In this document: in pieces, positions 54,898 through 64,000 of the stretch
Layout of the letters: every line of letters starts with the position of its first letter
Position numbering within the stretch: position 1 is the stretch's first letter
Assembly (NCBI GenBank): GCA_951406725.2
Contig: OX597817.1
Coordinates: forward strand, 44,206,001-44,270,000
Origin: Octopus vulgaris
Lineage: Eukaryota
DNA: 64,000 bases
Direction of reading: 5' to 3'
Translations under genes and position numbers: made by a program
Notes under the pieces: model-generated
What the model saw: only the letters and a program-made list of their open reading frames with translations
Told to the model about the DNA's origin: nothing
The model's database searches: none

Positions 54898-54900
<3 letters not shown>
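54407..54900 (+). mobile_element. possible non-autonomous Helitron/DINE-like element
   Basis: 5' TATAAAATCCGTTCTGTGTGTGTGTG...CATCCGATTGCGCTCAAATTAGATATG resembles DINE/HINE starts. It ends ...TTTGCTCGT (CTAGT-like) into (TA)n. Confidence 0.35.
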
Positions 54901-54942
<42 letters not shown>

Positions 54943-55052
54943 TCCACACACATATATACATGTACATTGCTACATGTCCTCATTCTCCTTCTGCAACACA
55001 TTTTGCATGAATGTTTGGGATCTTTTGGCAAACGATAAAATTATTATTATTA

Positions 55053-55113
<61 letters not shown>

Positions 55114-55115
55114 CA

Positions 55116-55147
<32 letters not shown>

Positions 55148-55158
55148 TATTATTATTA

Positions 55159-55226
<68 letters not shown>

Positions 55227-56329
55227 TTAATTATTATTATTATTATTATTATTATTATTGTTATTATTATTATTGTTATTATTATTAGAGCTGTCTCTGA
55301 TAGACGTGTATTTTACGAGCTCATGAGGTAATAAAAAAATATCGGATTACTGTCAAAATTGGATGGTTCTGTGTTTTGCTTTTGCGAACACATCATTTAG
55401 TATGTAGGGAGTATCTTCGTTGTGATTTTTCCCTTTAGGGAAGAAAAATAACTTTACATTTTGAATTTTTTTGCCGTCAGAGAAAGGTGAAAGCATCATT
55501 TCTAATCGCAAAAGAAATTCTAAAGATTTATTATAAGACAATCAGAAAAAAAGTACAGCGAAACAAACACATTTACAAAAACAGATATTCGCTTCCTGAC
55601 ATATACACACGGCATTTACTATGATTTAAATAACAGATTTGTCAGTCAGTTCAGACAGAATATAAGCGTAGTACATAGGTGGTCATCAGGAAAAATGAAC
55701 ACTTAGGAGAATTATATTACGAGGGACAGAGCCCTATTCCCAGAGGCATACGTTCGGGAACTGGTGAAAAGGAAAATAACGTATTACTCCTCAAATTTGG
55801 ACAGTCGCTAACATATATCTACAAAGGAACATGTAAAGTGCCATGACGATGTGTAGAATGTTGTTTGTACTAACCAGGGTAGTGTTTAATCAAATTTATG
55901 ACCCACGAAGAGGACAGGTGACATACATAATTGGTGCTCCACATACACATGTCTGTAGGCTGTTGCAGCAACAAATTGGTTGGCAGAATACAAAGATCAA
56001 AGCCAGGGACATTGAGTGTGACTTTAATTTTTGACACATTCTCAGTACTGTGACACAGAACGGACAAGTGGTAATCGCAGAGATAAAGTGAAATAAACAG
56101 TGTTCGGGTAATATTTTCAGGTTATATTTTTGCTCATAGTTCCGTAATTATTAATCCAATTAATATTATCATTTTCATGCACCACGACTTATTTCATTTT
56201 CGAAATCCTTCTAACTTCGCTATTTCTCTACTTACTTTTCAGCAATGTTATAGTCACAAAAGATCGAAACTTAAATCAGTCTGCAGTCATTTTCGTCACA
56301 GTATTTGAATTATATATCTGGCTGAATAT

Positions 56330-56562
56330 CTATTTCTTTACTACCCAAAAGGGGCTAAACACAGAGAGGATAAACAAGCACAGACAAACAGATTAAGTCG
56401 ATTATATCGACCCCAGTACGTAACTGGTACTTAATTTATCGACCCGAAAGGATGAAAGGCAAATTCAACCTCGGCGGAATTTGAGCTCAGAACGTAACGG
56501 CAGACGAAATACGGCTACACATTTCGCCCGGCGTGCTAACGTTTCTGCCAGCTCGCCACCTT
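56330..56562 (-). mobile_element. SINE family A monomer
   Basis: TSD TCTGGCTGAATATCT / TCTGGCTAAATATCT flanks the element. Confidence 0.88.
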
Positions 56563-57352
56563 TTTCTGGCTAAATATCTCTGATCTTTTCCAGTCTGGGT
56601 AGAAGTGTCTCAGGTGGTTGTGGACAGATCATTATTGTATAACGTGATAGGCAAATGTTTTTATCACTTCTTATATGTGTTAACATCTAAGTTTTGTGAG
56701 ATTGTCCAACGGACAAAGCTGCCAACGTTACCATATTTAAAGAATATCGAACTAGGCGATTACAGTACAACCGGACATACCGTGATCAACTGTGAATATC
56801 GTAGTCAACCGTCTCATTGCAGTGCTTCACAGTCTGCACATAGCGTTAACATCTTTCATTAATTTTACAACCATTTACGTTTTAAGTTCAAATATTGCAA
56901 AGATAAATTATGTCTTTCCGGCTGTCAAAGTCGATAAATAAAGTATTAATACAGCTTCCTCTGACATTGTGCCTCCGTAAGAAATTTTATCATATTTTAC
57001 TTGTTCTAACTCCATTAGTAAATTTGTTGAATGAATCCAACAATGGCTACAACTACTGCAGACAGACTAAAATCATCTCCTCTTTATGAATGACTTGAAA
57101 AGTTTACAAGCGATATTACCCAGTTACAAAGCCCAATAAAACTGTTTATACTGTCAGACTAAAACATAAAAATGATTATGGGGTACAAATATATATATAT
57201 ATTGAATCTGGAAGTATTATATTAGTCATATATCGTAAAATCAAGGAATTATATCCAGATCAACTATACACGTAGTTATGACTACTGATAAAATACAACA
57301 CACAGAAATGAACGAAAAATATAGAAGTGTGTGGTACAAACGTAAATAAGTA

Positions 57353-57940
57353 GGTGCAAGCATGGCTGTGTGGTTAGATGCTTGTTTTGCAAACACACAG
57401 ATTCAAGTTTACTTAGAGTAAATGTCCTCTACTTTAAGCTTCGGGCAGGACCAATGCTTTGTGAGTGAATTTAGTAGACGGAAACTGTGCAAAAGCCCAT
57501 CGGAAATATATATATATATATAGTTAATACAAACATGAAAACACAAAGAGAAAACACAACGCGAGGACGCGGAACAAGTATAGTGTTATTGGACGCTCAG
57601 GATAGGAAATAAAGAAGGATTTATATATATATATATAAATATATATATATATATGTGTGTATATATATACGTGTGTGTGTGTGTATATATATGCATATAT
57701 ATACATAGACATGTGTATACGATGTCTGCGTATGTGCTTCTGTTTGTATTTGTCCCCACCACCGCTTCACCGTCAGTATTGTTTAGGTCCCCGTGACGGA
57801 CCGGTTCGTCAAAAGAGATCAATAGAATAAGTACCAAATTTAAAAATTAGTACTGTAGCAGTTTATTCCATTAATTCCATCACGGCAGTGCTCCAGCATG
57901 ACAGGCAGTCCACTAAGTGAAACAAGTAAAAGATAAAAGA
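57353..57940 (+). mobile_element. old SINE family B with a Penelope-like pLTR fragment (57521-57620, minus) nested in its internal microsatellite
   Basis: The head GGTGCAAGCATGGCTGTGTGGTTAG and the 3' half from ~57740 flank a reverse-complement copy of 47485-47585. Confidence 0.7.
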
Positions 57941-58655
57941 AAAACGATAAATAGATAAACTGTGATGAAATAAAACTAATATTAAACACTAAACTCAATT
58001 ATAGAAAGGAGAAATATAAGACATCAAAGTAACTAAAGAATTGAGCGAAATAAGACGAGAGCTGTGCACTGAAGCAACCATCCCAAGCCTGATATTAAGA
58101 ATATATGCGCATCTCGCACTTAGAGAGGGCGTGGCCTAATACAAACAGAAAACTAAAGCAAGACAATAGTGAGACAAAAAGAATATTTAGAAGGAAGTGA
58201 TGGCATACTGATTAGCGTAATAAGAAACATATATATATATAAAAATTCATTATCTCGTGATACAGATTCTATCAGTAACAACGTCGTTTCTATGATTTTT
58301 ACCTCTCACTATAAAGAGGTTTCGGTAAAACAAAAGCTGCTGACGGACGCATAAGCTAGAAAATAAGAAAAGGAGGTCTAGAGACAGTGATGTTCTTAAG
58401 GATATTATTGTTCTAGAATAAACATGTTAGAACATGTTACAGACACGACTAATAAGAAAATATGAAAACTCATTAACAAAATAGATAAACACAGTTTTGT
58501 CTTCAAAGTAATATGATTATATAATATACGATATATGACATAGCGTTGCATAATACACATTCTTACATGACATGCTACATATTTATGTAATAAAACACTA
58601 TTACATAACACGACATGATATAATATTACACATTAACTGTACAATACAACATGTG

Positions 58656-58709
<54 letters not shown>

Positions 58710-58713
<4 letters not shown>

Positions 58714-58832
58714 CCTGCTCGCTTAGTCAGCGGGGTGGCGTCATTTGAAGGCTGAAACAATGCGAAGCGCATTGTGACCAGCGATGTGTAGCAACATCTG
58801 ATAGCCTGGTCGGTCACGGTGATCACGGTGAT
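58710..58832 (+). mobile_element. short retroposon 3' end with (CACGGTGAT)2 tail in (TA)n
   Basis: A GC-rich 120-bp island between long TA runs, ending GGTCACGGTGATCACGGTGATA. Confidence 0.5.
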
Positions 58833-58862
58833 AAATATATATTTATATACATACATACATAC

Positions 58863-58921
<59 letters not shown>

Positions 58922-58922
58922 T

Positions 58923-58969
<47 letters not shown>

Positions 58970-59099
58970 TATATGTAAATATATATATACATACATATAT
59001 ATATATACATACATATATATATACATACATATATATATATACATATATATACATATACATATATACATATACATACATATACATATATACATATACTGC

Positions 59100-59370
59100 C
59101 TTATAAAACCATGTTTCGACTACTACCTCTCAACTTCTGTTCTTTCAACATGTGATCTCTTGAGCACCACCAGCTCAAATATTTTTTCCTCTGTCTCCCC
59201 TTCTTGGGATCTTCCCTTCTCCTTGTTTCCGACGAAGAGCTCCGCTCGAAACGTCAAACCTTCCTTCCCTTCTTTCCTGAGCGTCAATAATACTTTAATT
59301 GTTCCACGTCCTGCGTTGGTGTGTTTTTTTCTCTTTTTTTCTGTGTTTTCTTGTTTGGATTAACTTTATA
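59100..59370 (+). mobile_element. Penelope-like pLTR with variant minimal hammerhead (59225-59259)
   Basis: gttt-CCGACGA-A-GAGC-tcc-GCTC-GAAAC-GTC-aaac has stem I GTTT/AAAC and stem II GAGC/GCTC. A T-rich tail runs into (TA)n. Two more copies of the tail occur in the window. Confidence 0.7.
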
Positions 59371-59394
59371 TATATATATATATATATATATTTA

Positions 59395-59427
<33 letters not shown>

Positions 59428-59888
59428 GCATATATTCATCACTGTGCTGTATATATGTGTGTGTATGTGCATGCGGGCAAAATAACGGCTGGTTTACGAA
59501 GTGTTTCCTTGGTTCTGCAGTAAAATTGATTCAAATATGCGTAAAAGAAATTCAGATCTCACTGTAATCTCAGCAAAACAAATAAATATAATTTTAAATC
59601 ACACTATTTCTACAGCAATACATTATCAGTAGTGTTTCTTCTTTTTTTTCCTTATTTTCAATACTCGTTTTTCAAGGAATAATATCTAGTTTCGGGTTAG
59701 ATGTGTGTAATTTTTTGTGACACGAGAAATTCCGGTGAACAAAAGTTAAATTTTGTAAGAGAAAAGTAAGATAAGGTTTCACACATACACTCACTCACAG
59801 ACACACATATATCCATGTAATCTTCTACACATAATGGTCATATATATGCGTGTGTGTGTGTGTATATATATATGCGTGTGTGTTCATG

Positions 59889-59930
<42 letters not shown>

Positions 59931-59996
59931 CACGTATACATATAGAAATACATATACAAATATATACATATACATACATATATACATACATGTAAA

Positions 59997-60049
<53 letters not shown>

Positions 60050-61064
60050 TCCCACGCACGTGCACTCACATCTGTCTATCTATCTATACAATTGCATATT
60101 TAAATGTATATATATGTGTGTGTATATACACACAAATGTACATATACAGGCATACATACATAAAATAGCGGAATCAGCAAAGTAAAGAAGTAGTTTCTCA
60201 GCTATTCTTTCATAAACTTTTCTTTCAAATAATACACAACAGCTCTCTGTTTTTTATCATCGTGTGTTACGTGCTGATTGCGGATACACGTCACTTATCT
60301 ATATTCTTAAATTATTTTGAAATTCTAACCGAATATCTGAAGTAACTGAAAGTTATATTTAAAGTCATATTCGAAAAAATAGAAGATGCATAACGTTTAT
60401 AGAAGCCGTGAAAGGTTTGCATGATAGCAATTTCTTGAACTTTCTCGTGGGATTAAATTGAGTATATCAGCTATTATAAAGCTATCACTTGACTTTGTGA
60501 AGTCCATAGCATTACCATCAGTTTTTTTATTTGATTTTTTCCTTAATATTTCTCGTTTTCAACAAACATTTATTAAATAACCTTGTCTTCTCCGCCTGTG
60601 TTTTAGAACTGAAAATTAAAGAAAGCTGCCTCACGAAATTGGTAAACAGAGGAACCACATTTTGCTTTTCAGAACCATCTGATGACGAGAGCAATTGATT
60701 GGGTGTGTCGTGAAGAAGACTGACTGTCAAAGATCATTGACATAAATATAAAAGTAAAAGACGAAAAAAATAAAAAGGGACACGCAGAACCAAACAAATA
60801 AATAATACATAACTAAAGTGCATATACGCGTCTATATGACCTGCTGGAATTGCACTATAAAACAACGAAATGAAAATTATTGCTAAAGTCAAAATACGGG
60901 TAATAAAAAGACAGATGTCTCTGCACACCACAGATTAAGGGATCAATCTCAGAGAGGAAAGACAGCATCGAAGAAAGAGTACAGGGAATACAATAAATAA
61001 GATAAAACGTATTATTAGTATCTTCTTCCTTACTCACGATAATAATAACGTATAAGAAATGATA

Positions 61065-61278
61065 ATTCTTTTCACTATAAAGTCACAAGGCTTAAATCTT
61101 CATTGGCGGCGGAGTTAGTTGACTACGTGGAAATCTAGTGCACAGTTCATACTTATTTTATTCGAGAAAGAAGAAAGGAGAATTCGGTCCCAGTGGAATT
61201 GTAACTCAGAACGTAAAGCCGGAAGAAATGCAGCTGAGCATTTTGTTCGGCGTGCTGATTCTGACAGCTCGCCACCTT
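61065..61278 (-). mobile_element. alternative-tail family A SINE, degenerate
   Basis: CACAAGGCTTAAATC...AACTCAGAACGTAAAGCCGGAAG...CAGCTCGCCACCTTA. Confidence 0.65.
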
Positions 61279-61347
61279 ATATACGAAATAACAGCGATAA
61301 CAAAAATGAATATGTGTTCGGGACAATAAAAAGAAAATTTGTCAACA

Positions 61348-61519
61348 GGCGCCGGAGTGGCTGCGTGGTAAGGGAGCTTGCTTACCAACCACATGGTTCC
61401 GGGTTCATTCCCACTGCGTGGCACCTTGGGCAAGTGTCTTCTACTATAGCCTCGGGCCAACCAAATCCTTGTGAGTGGATTTGGTAGACGGAAACTGAAA
61501 GAAGCCCGTCATATATATG

Positions 61520-61550
<31 letters not shown>

Positions 61551-61773
61551 GTATGTGTGTATATGTTTGTGTGTCTGTGTTTGTTTCCCCCCGTAACATC
61601 GCTTGACAACCGATGCTGGTGTGATTACGTCCCCGTGACTTAGCGGTTCGGCAAAAGAGAACCGATAGAATAAGTACTAGGCTTACAAAGAATAAGTCCT
61701 GGGTTCGATTTGCTCGACTAATTGCGGTACTCCAGCATGGCTACAGTAAAATTACTGAAACAAGTAAAAGAGA
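61348..61773 (+). mobile_element. SINE family B, full length
   Basis: GGCGCCGGAGTGGCTGCGTGGTAAG...GAAACAAGTAAAAGAG. Confidence 0.9.
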
Positions 61774-61798
61774 GTGTATATCATAATTTTTGAACAGT

Positions 61799-61931
61799 AC
61801 CAAATCCACTCACAAGGCTTTGGTCGGCCTGAGGCTATAGTAGAAGACACTTGCACAAGGTGCCACGCAGTGGGACTGAACCCGGAATCATGTGGTTGGT
61901 AAGTAAGCTACTTACCACACAGCCACTCCTA
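61799..61931 (-). mobile_element. SINE family B 5' fragment, inverted relative to the upstream copy
   Basis: ACCAAATCCACTCACAAGGC...CTTACCACACAGCCACTCCT is the reverse complement of ~61353-61486. Confidence 0.85.
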
Positions 61932-63768
61932 CAAAAATATAAATAGATATTAATATAAGGGAAAACAATAACAGAATGAATAATAATTAAACAACGTCTG
62001 ACTAGAATAAAACAAAAACAAAATAAAAAGATCGTCAATAATAATTTAACCCAAACAGCCAAGTAGAAGCAAAAGAACACACACACACACACACGCACAC
62101 ACACACACGCACACACACACGCACACGCACAGACACACACACACATATACACACACACACATAGACACACACACACAAAACGATTACGAAAACAGGTAAA
62201 TGGCAGAGATACAATAATCTGTAGAGGCTGTACTCTGCACACATAGAGAAAGTAGAATGAATTACTGCCATGTTCACTCCAGTCAAGGATACATCAAATT
62301 AGGTGATTATTCCAAGCAAACAGTAGTTAGGAGAAGGAAAAGGCCCGTCCGTGGAAGTGGCACTTCAGAAATCTCTTATGATGAAAGCATGAATAATAAA
62401 ATAGTGTCTGAATGTTAGATGGATGTAGTATTCCAACTTGAATGAGATATGGGAAGTGTTATTCACTGCCTTTGAAAACAATGCACAGAATTTGTGCAAG
62501 ATGCAGCCGTTGAGTATCCTTTCGCTTTTTTAAGACCTTTTACCGAGAATATAAGCAATGCTGGCTACCTACACAAGTATACAAAGGCACAGAAAATGTA
62601 CAGAATTTGGTTAATAGATACACCTTTTCTTTTACTTCACATATCCATTATATTATGAAATTCGAATCAGAATTAAATGGCGCTAGTTGGGTGATCCTAA
62701 AACTTGTAATCAAGTCGTCTATATTTAAGAAACCACGCGTGCAGCAACAAGTAATGTAGAAAACTGTTCTAACAAGGAAGAACATTCACAGAGAAATTGC
62801 CATTCTACTTTTGAGAATGTATCACTTCTGATTACAATACAACATACACCACATATGTTAAATCATTGGGTAAAAGCTGAGAACAAGCTCGGAATAAATA
62901 ATGAAGTAAACATTTAGCAAAATTAATCAACATAATGTATTCCTTTTGTGTGATCAAATTATCAGATTCTCCCAGAATCGCATGAATGAAAGGCTCCATC
63001 AGTAAAAAAGCATATTTTAAAAATTGCAGGCTTTAAAATCATCAATAATAAAATAGTATCTGAATGACATATCGATATATACCTACTTGAAAGTGGCATG
63101 ACAAATTGCTTCCTTCTGCCTGAAGGATAAGTTGAAGAATTTGAGAATTATCAGAGCATGACTAAAGATAAATTTTAGCTTCACACCAGTGACATATGCT
63201 TCATGGAAGATATAGTTGTTAAATCAATACGAGAGTAATTACATCGGATCAGTTAATCCAGAACAAATCCATAATTTAATAACACTTGTATTATTCGATA
63301 GCTATAAGGTAATATAATTAATAATGTGATCCAAAATAACACACACTTCAGTTACTTACAAGATGTACTCCAATTCTGAATAAAATAAATTGTTCCAAAA
63401 TTGTCTCTGACCACGAGAAAATTTTGAAGAGTACTCCATGAGCGTCATGGCTGGAATAATATCCATAATCTCAGTTGGTACTGCTTGGAAATCCAGCCGG
63501 AGAGTGTAATGATGGCAGCTTCTGATAGGACCCTATTGAGGAGATGCCTGAGGAATAAACTCCAACTACTCGCCCAGGAATGGAGGGCAGAGAAAATGGA
63601 TGGAAGGATATTTTTATTTTCATTTATCATATTTGTCTGATCTGAAGAAATGGGTAACACATGCCTTTTAGATTATTCAATTATTTATCTTAATTGTGTA
63701 ATTATATATATTTTGATGCTTTTACTCTATGGAAACAATTGTGGAGCACAATTAAACTATTAACCATA

Positions 63769-64000
63769 CGAAGGTGAGTCAAAAAGTAATGCCATTTTGT
63801 TTAGAAGAGGTATAATTACCAACACAGGAACATGTATCGCACATCAAAATAAAGCTGGTCCTCTGTGGATCACATCCCTACTTCTCAACATAGTCACAGT
63901 TTCTCTCAGTAGCAATGTTCCACCTTCGAATGAGAGCATCTATACCTGCCCCGTAAAATTTTGTTGACGCTTCTTTGAGCCACTTCTTCACTACAGTTTT
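63769..64000 (-). mobile_element. mariner (DD34D, SETMAR/Mos1-like) element 3' end; continues beyond window
   Basis: The minus strand encodes KTVVKKWLKEASTKFYGAGIDALIRRWNIATERNCDYVEK* (stop 63878-63880). A TA site precedes the TIR-like CGAAGGTGAGTCAAAAAGTAATGCC. Confidence 0.85.

Noticed and set aside
62280-63700. Repeat-free AT-rich stretch, possibly a hAT/Crypton remnant
   Set aside because: Only marginal peptide resemblance; it cannot be supported without a translated search.

Overview
This is AT-rich, microsatellite-saturated eukaryotic non-coding DNA, intronic or intergenic. The repeat content most resembles a coleoid cephalopod, probably Octopus (inferred, not searched). I found no confidently identifiable host protein-coding gene. 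Almost all ORFs in the supplied track are read-throughs of (TA)n, (CA)n, (TAA)n, (GAT)n or SINE sequence. The window is a graveyard of mobile elements. (i) Many tRNA-derived SINE copies from three or more families, some with clear target-site duplications. (ii) At least 9 5'-truncated R4/Dong-like RLE non-LTR retrotransposon pieces from about 4 families, nearly all ending in (TAA)n tracts. (iii) CR1, RTE and Tx1/L1-like LINE remnants. (iv) Tigger/pogo, Tc1/mariner and possible Helitron and MULE remnants. (v) Short Penelope-like pLTR fragments in (TA)n tracts that carry minimal type-I hammerhead ribozymes; two related (TA)n inserts form near-perfect long hairpins. Also present are a decayed initiator tRNA-Met gene, two long foldback elements, and a Dong insertion that seems to have captured 155 bp of neighbouring genomic DNA. 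All coordinates were read by eye and may be off by a few bases.
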